Source of the DNA: an uncultured Pelagibacteraceae bacterium
GTDB lineage: Bacteria > Pseudomonadota > Alphaproteobacteria > Pelagibacterales > Pelagibacteraceae
Reading direction: 5' to 3'
NCBI GenBank assembly: GCA_902537575.1
Contig: CACBBX010000002.1
Span: 9,222 to 73,221, forward strand
DNA length: 64,000 nucleotides
Below the pieces are notes generated by a model. That model saw only the letters and a list, made by a program, of their open reading frames with translations. It was not told the DNA's origin and ran no database searches. The position numbers were made by a program, and so were the translations under genes. Positions 7,496 to 17,279 of this stretch are shown one piece after another. Each line of letters opens with the position of its first letter. Positions within the stretch are counted from its first letter, which is position 1.

Positions 7496-7711
7496 TTAAC
7501 CTCTAAAGATTATTCTGCCTTTTGTAAGGTCATAAGGTGTCATTTCTACAGTCACGTTATCACCTTGAAGAACTCTAATTCTATTTTTTCTTAACTTACC
7601 TGCTGTATGAGCTGTAACTGTATGTCCATTTTCTAGTTTAACTCTAAACATAGCATTTGGAAGTAGATCAATTACTTTACCTTTAAATTCCAGCAAGTCT
7701 TGTTTTGACAA
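7496..7711 (-). CDS. infA: Translation initiation factor IF-1
   Basis: [14 protein letters not shown]...GKLRKNRIR...[11 protein letters not shown]; TTG start. Confidence 0.97.
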   Translation of the reverse strand: MSKQDLLEFKGKVIDLLPNAMFRVKLENGHTVTAHTAGKLRKNRIRVLQGDNVTVEMTPYDLTKGRIIFRG

Positions 7712-7713
7712 AT

Positions 7714-8997
7714 TTATTTTCTCCTAATTCTCTTTATTACTGATTGAGCATGCCCAATCAGGCCTTCGTAATTTGCAAGTGTTATAACTGATGGTCCAAG
7801 ACTTTCAATACCCTTTTTTGATAGGTTTATGTAAGAAATTCTTTTATAAAATTCATTAACACTAATTCCACTTGAATATTTTGCAGATCCATTTGTTGGC
7901 AAAATGTGATTGGAACCAACATTATAATCAGTCATAGCCATCACAGCATATTTTCCTAAACATATAGATCCAGCATTTCTGATTTTAGAAACATAAGATT
8001 TATAATTTTGAATATTTAGCTCTAAATGCTCTGGTGCAATTTTATTTATAATCTCAATAATTTTTTTATCCGAATTTACATACATCAGAATTCCATTATT
8101 ATTTAAACTCTTTCTAGCTACGGATACTCTTGGAATTTTTCTTAATTGTTTGATTAATTCAATTTTTACTTTTTCTAATAATTTTTTATCTTTTGAAATT
8201 AAAATACATTGAGCAAGGTTATCGTGTTCCGCTTGACCAATTAGATCACTTGCAACCCATTCAGGATTAGAAAATTTATCACAAACAATAGTTACCTCTG
8301 AGGGACCAGCTGTCATACCTTCAATACCCACATCTCCAAAAACCTCTTTTTTTGCTGCAGCAACATAGGCGTTCCCAGGACCAACAATTTTATCAACCTT
8401 TTTAATTTTTTTTGTTCCATAAGCAGCAGCAGCAACCGCAGAAGGACCACCTATAGAATAAATTTCTTTTATTTTACATTTTCTTGCAGCATACAAAACC
8501 GCTGGATTTTGCTTTCCTTTAAAACCAGGGTTGATCATTATTAATCTTTTAACACCAGCAACAATTGCTGGAACAGCATTCATTAAAACACTTGAGGGAT
8601 AAGATGCTGAAGAACCTGGAACATATATGGCAACAGAGTCTATTGGTAAATATTTATATTCAAGTTTATTTTTAAACTTATCTGTAAAAGAAATATTTTT
8701 AAATTTTTGAAGGGAATGAAATTTGTAAATTCTGTCATAAGCAATATCAATTGCTTTTTTTACTTTTTGATTTAAAGATTTTATTGAATTATTAATTTGA
8801 TTTGACGTAGGAACAATAGTTCTATTTTGATTAAATTTTTTTTCATATTTCAATAAAGCTTTATCACCATTTTTTTTAACATCTTTAACAATGGTGGTCA
8901 CTGAGATAGAACTAGATTGAATCTTTTTTTTTCGCTGTAAAAGTGATTTATTTAAAGAATTTTTAAAATTCTTATTAGTACTATTTAGTATTTTCAT
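7714..8997 (-). CDS. hisD: Histidinol dehydrogenase
   Basis: [41 protein letters not shown]. Confidence 0.95.
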   Translation of the reverse strand: MKILNSTNKNFKNSLNKSLLQRKKKIQSSSISVTTIVKDVKKNGDKALLKYEKKFNQNRTIVPTSNQINNSIKSLNQKVKKAIDIAYDRIYKFHSLQKFKNISFTDKFKNKLEYKYLPIDSVAIYVPGSSASYPSSVLMNAVPAIVAGVKRLIMINPGFKGKQNPAVLYAARKCKIKEIYSIGGPSAVAAAAYGTKKIKKVDKIVGPGNAYVAAAKKEVFGDVGIEGMTAGPSEVTIVCDKFSNPEWVASDLIGQAEHDNLAQCILISKDKKLLEKVKIELIKQLRKIPRVSVARKSLNNNGILMYVNSDKKIIEIINKIAPEHLELNIQNYKSYVSKIRNAGSICLGKYAVMAMTDYNVGSNHILPTNGSAKYSSGISVNEFYKRISYINLSKKGIESLGPSVITLANYEGLIGHAQSVIKRIRRK

Positions 8998-9395
8998 TAA
9001 TCTTTAATTTCATTTTGATCTTCTAGTCTTACTTCAATTGTTTCTGTAGTCAAAGCAATGTGCGCATTGTTACTGAATATTAAGTTTATTTCATAATCAG
9101 AATTATTTTTCAAATAATCAATTCCAATTAATTCTAAAACTAATTCCTGGTTTGACTGATCTATATTTTTAGATTTTACTTTGTCAACGAAATCAAACCT
9201 ACAAATACTATTGATTTTTTTATTTTCTTGGCCAGTTTCAACTTTTGTTCGTTCTATTGAAAGCAAAAGTACTTTATTTGATGCAAGATATTTTATATCA
9301 AGAACCTTTACCTTTGCCCCAGCACTGCATGCAGAAATCATTTGTAAACCTTCTTGATCATTTGCAATAATTTTTGCTAAATATTTTTTTTCCAT
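8997..9395 (-). CDS. DUF2948-type conserved protein
   Basis: Typical alphaproteobacterial position between murA and hisD; size and the A-x-D-x-E-G-L-x-x-I-S-A start fit. Confidence 0.7.
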   Translation of the reverse strand: MEKKYLAKIIANDQEGLQMISACSAGAKVKVLDIKYLASNKVLLLSIERTKVETGQENKKINSICRFDFVDKVKSKNIDQSNQELVLELIGIDYLKNNSDYEINLIFSNNAHIALTTETIEVRLEDQNEIKD

Positions 9396-10648
9396 TAATT
9401 TACTCGGCGTATTTTTGCTCCAACCTTTTTTAACTTTTTTTCTATGTTTTCATAACCTCTATCTAAATGATAAATTCTATTGATAATTGATTTTCCCTTA
9501 GCTGCTAAAGCAGCAAGGACTAGGGAAACTGATGCTCGTAAATCTGTAGCCATTAATTCAGCAGGTACAAAATTTATATTTCCCTGAACAACAGCTTTGT
9601 TTCCTTTAGTTAGAATTTGTGCACCCATACGGTTTAGTTCAGCAACATGCATAAATCGATTTTCAAAAATATCCTCTTTTATTATTGAGTTTTTATTTGC
9701 TTTACATAACAAAACCATAATTTGGGCCTGTAAATCAGTTGGAAAACCTGGATACGGAGCCGTTTTAATTTTTAAATTTTTTATCTTTTTGTTACCTACA
9801 ATGTTTATCTTATCGTGATTAACTTTTACTTTGGCTCCAATTTTCTTTAAAATATTAATTTCAGTTTTGATTAATTTAGGTATCACATTTTTTATTTGCA
9901 AGTTTCCCTCTGTTAATGCTGCCGCAATCAAATATGTTCCAGCTTCAATTCTATCAAACATAACTGAATAACTAATTTCATTAACTTGTTTTACTCCAAA
10001 GATTTTTATTGAACGTTTACCAATCCATTTAATTTTGCAACCCATTTTTAATAAAAAATTTACTAAATCATTTATCTCAGGTTCAATTGCACAATTTTTT
10101 AAAATAGTTTTTCCTTTTGCAAAACAAGCAGCAATAATTAAATTCTCCGTAGCACCAACAGATATTTTTGAGAAACTTATGTTTGTACCTATTAGCCCTT
10201 TTGGAGCATTAGCATGAACATATCCATTTAAAATTTTAAATTTAACTCCAAGTTTTGATAAAGCCTTAAGATGAATATCAACAGGTCTGGTACCAATTGC
10301 ACAACCACCTGGTAGTGAAACTTTTGCATTGCCAAACTTAGCAAGTAATGGGCCAAGCACTAAAATTCCAGCTCTCATAGTTTTTACTAAATTATAAGAT
10401 GCAAAAAATTTATTTTGTTTGGAATTATCTATAACAAGACTTTGTTTAGTAAATTTGGTAATTGATCCTAATGATTGAAGTAAATTAATCATTGTCTCTA
10501 TATCTTTAACTTTTGGTAGATTGTTTAAAGTTATTTTATTTTTTGATAGCAATGTTGCTGCCAAAATTGGTAAGGATGCGTTTTTCGATCCTGAAATATT
10601 TATTTGTCCCTTAAGCTTATTCGCTCCAAGAACCTCTAGTCTTTGCAT
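9395..10648 (-). CDS. murA: UDP-N-acetylglucosamine 1-carboxyvinyltransferase
   Basis: SGSKNA, LPGGCAIGTRP, PYPGFPTDLQ, ATDLRA, HLDRGY. Confidence 0.97.
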   Translation of the reverse strand: MQRLEVLGANKLKGQINISGSKNASLPILAATLLSKNKITLNNLPKVKDIETMINLLQSLGSITKFTKQSLVIDNSKQNKFFASYNLVKTMRAGILVLGPLLAKFGNAKVSLPGGCAIGTRPVDIHLKALSKLGVKFKILNGYVHANAPKGLIGTNISFSKISVGATENLIIAACFAKGKTILKNCAIEPEINDLVNFLLKMGCKIKWIGKRSIKIFGVKQVNEISYSVMFDRIEAGTYLIAAALTEGNLQIKNVIPKLIKTEINILKKIGAKVKVNHDKINIVGNKKIKNLKIKTAPYPGFPTDLQAQIMVLLCKANKNSIIKEDIFENRFMHVAELNRMGAQILTKGNKAVVQGNINFVPAELMATDLRASVSLVLAALAAKGKSIINRIYHLDRGYENIEKKLKKVGAKIRRVN

Positions 10649-10650
10649 AT

Positions 10651-11205
10651 TTAAACTTTAGGTAATGTTACCCCAGTTTGACCCATATACTTTCCATCTC
10701 GATCTGCATAAGTCACTTCTGGTTTTTCATTTCCTTTTAAAAAAATAAATTGTGCAACACCTTCGTTTGCATAAATTTTTGCTGGTAAAGGTGTGGTATT
10801 TGAAAATTCAAGTGTAACATATCCTTCCCACCCAGGCTCTAATGGAGTTACATTTACAATGATCCCACATCTTGCATATGTTGATTTACCTAGACAAATA
10901 ACTAACACATCATTTGGAATTTTAAACTTTTCTACAGTTCTTGCTAAAACAAATGAATTTGGTGGAATAATACATTCAGATACATTTTTGGTTACAAAAT
11001 TTGTTGGTTTGAAATTTTTAGGATCAACAATCTCAGAATTAACATTTGTAAAAATTTTAAACTCCTCTGATACTCTTGCATCGTATCCAAAAGAAGAAAG
11101 TCCATAAGAAATATTCTTGCCTCTCACTTGTTTTTCCTCAAATGGTGAAATCATGTTATGTTCTTTGGACATTTTTCTGATCCATTTATCCGAGAGAACT
11201 GACAT
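10651..11205 (-). CDS. dcd: dCTP deaminase
   Basis: [34 protein letters not shown]. Confidence 0.95.
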   Translation of the reverse strand: MSVLSDKWIRKMSKEHNMISPFEEKQVRGKNISYGLSSFGYDARVSEEFKIFTNVNSEIVDPKNFKPTNFVTKNVSECIIPPNSFVLARTVEKFKIPNDVLVICLGKSTYARCGIIVNVTPLEPGWEGYVTLEFSNTTPLPAKIYANEGVAQFIFLKGNEKPEVTYADRDGKYMGQTGVTLPKV

Positions 11206-11306
11206 TATTTATTTTTTTTCTTAGTTTTTTTTTGGAAAATCTTTCTTTTTTTTAAATTTTTTCTAAGAGCTAGACTTAAACGCTCATTTTTATCTTTAGA
11301 GCTCAT
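11205..11306 (-). CDS. Small basic protein, 33 aa
   Basis: Hand-translated [33 protein letters not shown]. Its ATG overlaps the upstream TGA (ATGA) and its TAA overlaps the dcd ATG (TAATG). Confidence 0.75.
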   Translation of the reverse strand: MSSKDKNERLSLALRKNLKKRKIFQKKTKKKNK

Positions 11307-11503
11307 TCTTTGTTTGGATTTGTCAAAAAATCTAAAGAAATTGGTTTGTTAGGATCTAAAGCTTTTATTTTAGGTTCTTCTTGTTTTGGGCTTTCTTTTG
11401 CTAAACGTTTAGCTTTTTTTTCTGCAAGCTTCTTCTCTCTTTTGGCTTGCTTTTCCATAAGCTTGTTACCTTTAGTTGACTTGTAATCGTAATGAATTCC
11501 CAT
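11303..11503 (-). CDS. Lys/Glu-rich hypothetical protein, 66 aa
   Basis: ATG preceded by AGGA; first gene of the coupled run leading into dcd-murA. Confidence 0.7.
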   Translation of the reverse strand: MGIHYDYKSTKGNKLMEKQAKREKKLAEKKAKRLAKESPKQEEPKIKALDPNKPISLDFLTNPNKE

Positions 11504-11602
11504 AACATTTCCTAAAATAGATATAAATCATATTAGTCAAAAAATTAAGGCAATAATTTGAAAAAAATGCATTATTATCCACAAAATATAAATTGTTTCT
11601 TT

Positions 11603-11676
11603 GCTCCTGTAGTTAAATGGCATAACAAGTCATTGGTAATGACTAGTTCCCTGGTCAGTACAGGGTGGGAGCACCA
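11603..11676 (+). tRNA. tRNA-Thr (GGT) with atypical T-loop
   Basis: GCTCCTG TA GTTA AATGGCA TAAC A AGTCA TTGGTAA TGACT AGTT CCCTG GTCAGTA CAGGG TGGGAGC A CCA. Confidence 0.85.
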
Positions 11677-12399
11677 CTAATTTTTATAAAATATCCTTCT
11701 TAAAAAGATAGTCACTAGGATTAAACTAAAAAAAGCTACAAGTGGAATATAAATATCTGGTGAAAAAATAATTTCAGTAACACCAGGTACATCAGAGTTT
11801 TGATCAATAATTTTTTCAAACCCACTTCCAATAGATACTGCTAAAAATATTTGTGGAACAATACCTATTAGTGTAGCAAAGAAGAAATTTCTAACTCGAA
11901 CATTAAAAAGTGTTGGAAGCAAACAACTGATCTGCCACGGTATTCCTCCTATAAAACGATATACGAGTAAATAAATAAATTCAGATTTCTTAAATTTAGT
12001 TTCTAGATTATGATATTTATTTAAAAGCTTTTCTTTAACAAATTCTTTTAAAAAATAATTTCCAAAAATATATAAAAAAGTTGCACCAACACTTAACCCA
12101 AGCACAACAACAATGGTGCCTATCCATTTTCCAAAAATAAAGCCACCCATCAAAGCAACGGGTGATCCAAAACCTAAAAATGGAAATACCCATAAAATTG
12201 TTAAAATCAAAAAAATAAAAAATATCAGAATTAAATTTGATTTTTTTAACTCAGAAAAATATAATCTATTTTCTCTTATAAAGTCATATGAGGTAAGTTC
12301 CTGAATGCTAAATTTAGAGAAGAAAAAAAATAAAAATAAACAAATTAGTATTAAATAAACTAGACCTATAAATATTTTAAATTTGTTCGATTTTTCCAT
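11677..12399 (-). CDS. TVP38/TMEM64 (VTT/DedA-like) membrane protein
   Basis: Multiple TM helices; GGFIFG, GATFLY, YRFIGGIP, FFFATLIGIVP. Confidence 0.8.
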   Translation of the reverse strand: MEKSNKFKIFIGLVYLILICLFLFFFFSKFSIQELTSYDFIRENRLYFSELKKSNLILIFFIFLILTILWVFPFLGFGSPVALMGGFIFGKWIGTIVVVLGLSVGATFLYIFGNYFLKEFVKEKLLNKYHNLETKFKKSEFIYLLVYRFIGGIPWQISCLLPTLFNVRVRNFFFATLIGIVPQIFLAVSIGSGFEKIIDQNSDVPGVTEIIFSPDIYIPLVAFFSLILVTIFLRRIFYKN

Positions 12400-12428
12400 T
12401 AATTAAAGCTATTTATAAAATGTTCTAT

Positions 12429-12457
12429 TTGCTATTTATATATTTAATTACTATAAA
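12429..12457 (+). promoter_or_regulatory. Putative sigma70 promoter of the rpmH operon
   Basis: TTGCTA-N17-TATAAA followed by the GC-rich discriminator GGGCG. Confidence 0.55.
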
Positions 12458-12491
12458 GGGCGAAATTTAATAAAAAAATTAACCACTTACT

Positions 12492-12632
12492 ATGAAAAGA
12501 ACATACCAGCCATCAAATGTCAAAAGAGCCAGAAAACACGGCTTTAGGTCGAAGATGAAAACAAAAGGTGGTAAAAAACTTTTAGCAAGAAGAAGAGCTA
12601 GAGGAAGAAAGTCACTAACAGTTTCTGCATAA
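12492..12632 (+). CDS. rpmH: 50S ribosomal protein L34
   Basis: Hand-translated [46 protein letters not shown]; absent from the ORF track. Confidence 0.97.
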   Translation: MKRTYQPSNVKRARKHGFRSKMKTKGGKKLLARRRARGRKSLTVSA

Positions 12633-12636
12633 GTAG

Positions 12637-12978
12637 ATGAAAAGCAAAATCCTTGCTCTTTCAAAAAATGGGGAATTTAAAAGTCTCTTAAAAAAAAGAA
12701 AAATTTCTAATAAGTATGTGACTATTTTTTTTGGAAAATTACCTCATAAAGACAATAAAAAACTCAATATAAGTTTTTCAGTCAAAAAAAAAATTGGAAA
12801 TGCAGTTAAAAGAAATAAAATTAAAAGAAGGTTAAGAAGTATTATTAACGATGCAGTTAAAATAATATCAATAAACTTTGATTTTTCTATCCTTGTTCTT
12901 GCAAAGGAGAGTATGTTAAACAATGAGTACAAAAATATAAAAGAAACTCTATTTCAAGACTTAGAAAAAATTAAATAA
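12637..12978 (+). CDS. rnpA: Ribonuclease P protein component
   Basis: SVKKKIGNAVKRNKIKRRLR; follows rpmH. Confidence 0.93.
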   Translation: MKSKILALSKNGEFKSLLKKRKISNKYVTIFFGKLPHKDNKKLNISFSVKKKIGNAVKRNKIKRRLRSIINDAVKIISINFDFSILVLAKESMLNNEYKNIKETLFQDLEKIK

Positions 12979-13229
12979 TGAATATATTTACTAAATTATT
13001 GATTAAACTTGTTAAGGGCTACAAATATCTAGTTAGTCCTTTATTTGGACACTCTTGCCGATATTTGCCTACATGTTCTGAATATAGCATTGATGCTTTA
13101 AAGGAATTTGGTTTTGTTAAAGGTCTTTTCATGAGTATTAAAAGGATTCTTTCATGTCATCCAATTAAATTTTTAGGCGGTGGAGAGGGATTTGATCCTG
13201 TAAAAAAAGAAGTAAAGGATGATAAATAA
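12978..13229 (+). CDS. yidD: Membrane protein insertion efficiency factor
   Basis: SP...CRYLPTCSEY...RILSCHP...GFDPV. Confidence 0.93.
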   Translation: MNIFTKLLIKLVKGYKYLVSPLFGHSCRYLPTCSEYSIDALKEFGFVKGLFMSIKRILSCHPIKFLGGGEGFDPVKKEVKDDK

Positions 13230-14905
13230 TGGAGACCCGAAATATTATAGCTGCCATAAGTTTATCTGCAGCTGTAATTCTACTTTACACACTTTTTTTT
13301 GCGCCTCCTCCGGTTACTCAGGAGAGCATAGCTGAACAAAGTAAAACTGAACAAAGTTCAGATACGCCTAGTTTAGATCAAAAAGAAAACATTACAGAAA
13401 TTTCAAGAGAAGAGGCATTAAGTGAAAGTGAAAGAATTCAGTTTGAGAATCAAAGCATAATTGGTTCAATATCCTTGAAAGGAGCTACGATAGATGATCT
13501 AACTTTTAAAGAATATAATGTGGTTTTAAATGGTGATGAAAAGGTAAACTTATTGGCACCAAGAAATGCTAAAGAAGGGTACTTAATAGAGAGTGGATTT
13601 ATAACAACTGATAAAAATGTTGAAATTCCAAATTCTAATTCAATTTGGTCTGTGTCAGGAAATAAAAAATTAACAACACAATCTCCCGTAAAATTAAGTT
13701 GGGCTAATGATCAAGGAATTACTTTTGAAAAAGAAATATCAATTGATGATAAGTTCTTATTTACAGTCAAACAACGAGTAATTAATTCTACAAATAACAA
13801 ATACGATTTTTATTCATATGGACAAATTATTCGAAATGAAGCTCCTGAAATAACAAATTTTTATATACTTCATGAAGGTTTAGTTGCAACACTTGATGAT
13901 GAGCTTATTGAGGAAGATTATGATGATATTGAAGAAAAAAAATTCTCAAGAATTGCTCAAAAAGGATGGCTTGGTATTGGTGATAAGTACTGGATAACTT
14001 CATTAATTCCTCCAAAAGGAAAAGAATTCAAAACTACTTTTGATTATAAAAATAAATTTAGAGCAAATTTTGTAGCAACTCAACCTCTCGAATTAAATAG
14101 TAATTCATCTATTGAGGATAAAATGCAGATCATTGTAGCTGCTAAAAGAGTAGATGTTATTGATGGTTACGCAGAGTCTCTGAAAATAGATAAATTTGAC
14201 TTAACGATTGATTGGGGTTTTTTGTATTTTATTACCAAACCATTATTTTTTGGAATTGATTATTTCTTTAAACTTCTTGGAAATTATGGTTTAGCAATCA
14301 TAGCAATTACTATTTGTATAAGACTAGCATTTTTTCCTTTGGCAAATTTCTCATTCAGAAGTATGGCTAAAATGAAAGCATTAACTCCAGAAATGACTAG
14401 ACTAAAAGAGCTTCATAAAGATGACAAGATGAAATTACAGCAAGCAATGATGGCACTATATAAAAAAGAAAAAGTTAACCCCATGTCAGGATGTTTGCCA
14501 ATTCTAGTTCAAATCCCAGTTTTTTTTGCTTTATATAAAGTTTTATTTGTAACTATCGAAATGAGACACATGCCATTTTATGGTTGGATACAAGATCTAT
14601 CCGAAAGAGATCCAACTTCATTATTTAATCTATTTGGGTTACTACCATACGACGTTCCATCTTTTTTAATGATCGGAGCTTGGCCGATAGCAATGGGTAT
14701 CAGTATGTTTGTGCAGATGAAACTTAACCCAGCACCTACAGATCCAATGCAGGCAAAAATATTCATGTTCTTTCCTCTTTTCTTAACAATAATATTAGCT
14801 CCTTTCCCGGCAGGATTAGTAATTTATTGGACGATTAATAATATTTTAACTATGGCACAACAAGTCTTCATCATGAAGCGCACAAAAGTCAAAACAGCAA
14901 CCTAA
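13229..14905 (+). CDS. yidC: Membrane protein insertase
   Basis: IDWGFLYF, SMAKMKAL, NPMSGCLPILVQIPVFFALY, GLVIYW. Confidence 0.97.
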   Translation: METRNIIAAISLSAAVILLYTLFFAPPPVTQESIAEQSKTEQSSDTPSLDQKENITEISREEALSESERIQFENQSIIGSISLKGATIDDLTFKEYNVVLNGDEKVNLLAPRNAKEGYLIESGFITTDKNVEIPNSNSIWSVSGNKKLTTQSPVKLSWANDQGITFEKEISIDDKFLFTVKQRVINSTNNKYDFYSYGQIIRNEAPEITNFYILHEGLVATLDDELIEEDYDDIEEKKFSRIAQKGWLGIGDKYWITSLIPPKGKEFKTTFDYKNKFRANFVATQPLELNSNSSIEDKMQIIVAAKRVDVIDGYAESLKIDKFDLTIDWGFLYFITKPLFFGIDYFFKLLGNYGLAIIAITICIRLAFFPLANFSFRSMAKMKALTPEMTRLKELHKDDKMKLQQAMMALYKKEKVNPMSGCLPILVQIPVFFALYKVLFVTIEMRHMPFYGWIQDLSERDPTSLFNLFGLLPYDVPSFLMIGAWPIAMGISMFVQMKLNPAPTDPMQAKIFMFFPLFLTIILAPFPAGLVIYWTINNILTMAQQVFIMKRTKVKTAT

Positions 14906-14928
14906 TAATTTTAAATTGTTAACAACGC

Positions 14929-15777
14929 ATGGATCTAAAAAATATATTGCCTGAGGATGGGCCACCTTTAAGTGAAGTTAATAAATATATTGAAAAATAT
15001 AAAAATGACTTAATCGTAATTAAATATGGTGGGAATGTTTTAATTGATAGAAACGTGTTTAATAATTTTATAACAGACCTATTTGTTTTAAATAAATTAG
15101 GTCTTACAACAGTAGTTGTACATGGTGGTGGACCAAGAATAAAAAGAGAATTAGAAAAATCTAATATTCAATCAAAATTTATAAGAGGTTTAAGAGTTAC
15201 TGATAAAAACATAATCAATATTGTAGAGTCTGTTTTAATTGACTTTAATAATGATATTGTTGAAAATTTAAACAAAAAAGGCTCTGAAGGTGTTTCAATA
15301 CATACAAAAAATAAAAATATTATTGAGGTAACACCTGAGGCAGAAGAGTTAGGTTTTGTGGGGACCCCAACGTCGATTAATAATGAAATATTGTTTAATA
15401 TCCTTGAGGAAAATAAAATTCCAATTGTTTCCCCATTAGGTTTAGATAAAAATAGTCAAACCTATAATATTAATGGTGATACAGCTGCGATGGCTATAGC
15501 TAAGTCTTTAAAAGCTAGAAGATTATTGCTGATGACAAATGTTGATGGTGTTCTTAACAAAGAAAAAAAACTAATAGAAGAAATATCTTCTAAGGAAATT
15601 TTAAAAATGATTAAAAATGAAACTATAACAGAAGGTATGATACCTAAAATTAATGCATGTTTAGATGCTGTAAATAACGGAGTAACTGCAGTTGGCATAA
15701 TTAATGGCACAAAAAAACATTCATGTTTATGGGAAATATTCTCTGACAAAGGTGCAGGTACATTAATTAGAAAATGA
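14929..15777 (+). CDS. argB: Acetylglutamate kinase
   Basis: VIKYGG, VVHGGGP, GLRVTD, NINGD, GMIPK, GAGT. Confidence 0.95.
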   Translation: MDLKNILPEDGPPLSEVNKYIEKYKNDLIVIKYGGNVLIDRNVFNNFITDLFVLNKLGLTTVVVHGGGPRIKRELEKSNIQSKFIRGLRVTDKNIINIVESVLIDFNNDIVENLNKKGSEGVSIHTKNKNIIEVTPEAEELGFVGTPTSINNEILFNILEENKIPIVSPLGLDKNSQTYNINGDTAAMAIAKSLKARRLLLMTNVDGVLNKEKKLIEEISSKEILKMIKNETITEGMIPKINACLDAVNNGVTAVGIINGTKKHSCLWEIFSDKGAGTLIRK

Positions 15778-16445
15778 TAAAATTAAAGAATATTAAAAAT
15801 ATACTGTTTGATTGTGATGGAGTTTTATATCAAGATCTAGAAGCAGTTTTTGGTCAAGTAAGTAAAAAAATGACTGAGTACATATCTAAAAAGTTAAATT
15901 TAGATTTAAAAGTAGCCAAAGAATTGCAGAGAAGTTATTTTCATAAATACGATACCAGTCTTAATGGTTTAATGATTCATCATGATATCCCTCCAAAAGA
16001 ATTTTTAGATTATGTACATGATATCGATTTATCTTTTTTGGAAAAAGATAAAACTTTAAGAAGAGAACTTGAATTTACAAATTTAAGAAAATTTGTTTTT
16101 ACTAATGGAAGCAAGGAACATGTGAAAAATATAACAACATCACTTGGTATTGATGATCAATTTGAAAATGTTTTTGACATAGTAGATGCCAAATATAATC
16201 CAAAACCTGCAGCGAAAGCTTTTGATTTAATGATAGAAAAATTCAAAATAGATCCAAAAGAAACCCTCTATATTGAAGATATTGCTAAAAATTTATCCAT
16301 TGGAAAAGAAAGAGGAACATTAACTGCATGGTTAATCAATGACGAATACTGGGGTAAAAAAGAGTCAGATAAAGAATACATTGACTATAAGATAGAAAAT
16401 CTTTCTTTATTTTTAAAAGAAATAAGGTTATTAAAAAACACATAA
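15774..16445 (+). CDS. HAD-family pyrimidine 5'-nucleotidase
   Basis: FDCDGVLY, FTNGS, PKP, IEDIAKNL; usual position after argB. Confidence 0.8.
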   Translation: MIKLKNIKNILFDCDGVLYQDLEAVFGQVSKKMTEYISKKLNLDLKVAKELQRSYFHKYDTSLNGLMIHHDIPPKEFLDYVHDIDLSFLEKDKTLRRELEFTNLRKFVFTNGSKEHVKNITTSLGIDDQFENVFDIVDAKYNPKPAAKAFDLMIEKFKIDPKETLYIEDIAKNLSIGKERGTLTAWLINDEYWGKKESDKEYIDYKIENLSLFLKEIRLLKNT

Positions 16446-16449
16446 AATT

Positions 16450-17277
16450 ATGAGTATAGAAAATATTATCAACGAAGCCTGGGAAAAAAGAAATCAGATC
16501 AACCCAAGTTCAAATGAAAATTTAAAGAATACTGTAAATCAGATTATTGATGATTTAGATGGTGGTAAAGTAAGAGTTGCTGAGAAAATAAATGGTGAGT
16601 GGAAAACTCATCAATATCTTAAAAAAGCAATCATGTTAAGTTTTAGAATGTACCCAATGGAAAATTTAAACGGTCCATACAGTAGTTGGTATGATAAAGC
16701 TCATCTTTTAAAAGGTAAAACAGCAGGATGGACAAAAGAAGATCATGAAAAGGCTGGTTTTAGAATGGTACCCAATTCACCAGTAAGAAAAGGATCTTAT
16801 GTTGGCAAAAATGCAGTATTAATGCCATGCTATGTTAATATTGGTGCATATATAGATGAGGGAACTATGATTGATACTTTTGCAAGAGCTGGAAGTTGTT
16901 GTCAAATTGGAAAAAATTGCCATATCTCAGCTGGTTCTGGTGTCGGTGGTGTACTAGAACCTGCTCAAGCATTGCCCACAATAATTGAAGATAATGTTTT
17001 CCTTGGTGCTATGTCTGAAGTTGTTGAAGGTGTGATAGTCGGAGAAGGATCTGTGTTAAGTATGGGAATGTATATAGGTCAATCCACAAAAATAGTTAAT
17101 AGAAAAACTGGTAAAATTACTTATGGAAAAATACCACCTTATTCGGTTGTTGTACCTGGTTCTTTACCAGATAAAAATAATCCTGCAGCACCATCACTTT
17201 ATTGTGCAGTAATTATTAAACAGGTTGATGAAAAAACTAGATCAAAAACATCTGTAAACGATCTTTTGAGAGAATAA
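16450..17277 (+). CDS. dapD: Tetrahydrodipicolinate N-succinyltransferase
   Basis: RVAEK, KKAIMLSF, GVGGVLEP, SLYCAVIIK, KTSVNDLLR. Confidence 0.95.
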   Translation: MSIENIINEAWEKRNQINPSSNENLKNTVNQIIDDLDGGKVRVAEKINGEWKTHQYLKKAIMLSFRMYPMENLNGPYSSWYDKAHLLKGKTAGWTKEDHEKAGFRMVPNSPVRKGSYVGKNAVLMPCYVNIGAYIDEGTMIDTFARAGSCCQIGKNCHISAGSGVGGVLEPAQALPTIIEDNVFLGAMSEVVEGVIVGEGSVLSMGMYIGQSTKIVNRKTGKITYGKIPPYSVVVPGSLPDKNNPAAPSLYCAVIIKQVDEKTRSKTSVNDLLRE

Positions 17278-17279
17278 AA

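Noticed and set aside
7385-7594. 69-aa plus-strand ORF
   Set aside because: Antisense to tRNA-Phe and infA; a shadow ORF.
11575-11583. Perfect DnaA box TTATCCACA near the rpmH region as a sign of oriC
   Set aside because: It is a single box with no cluster and no dnaA/dnaN nearby; about one chance match is plausible in an AT-rich 64 kb window.
12479-12664. 61-aa minus-strand ORF
   Set aside because: Antisense shadow of rpmH.
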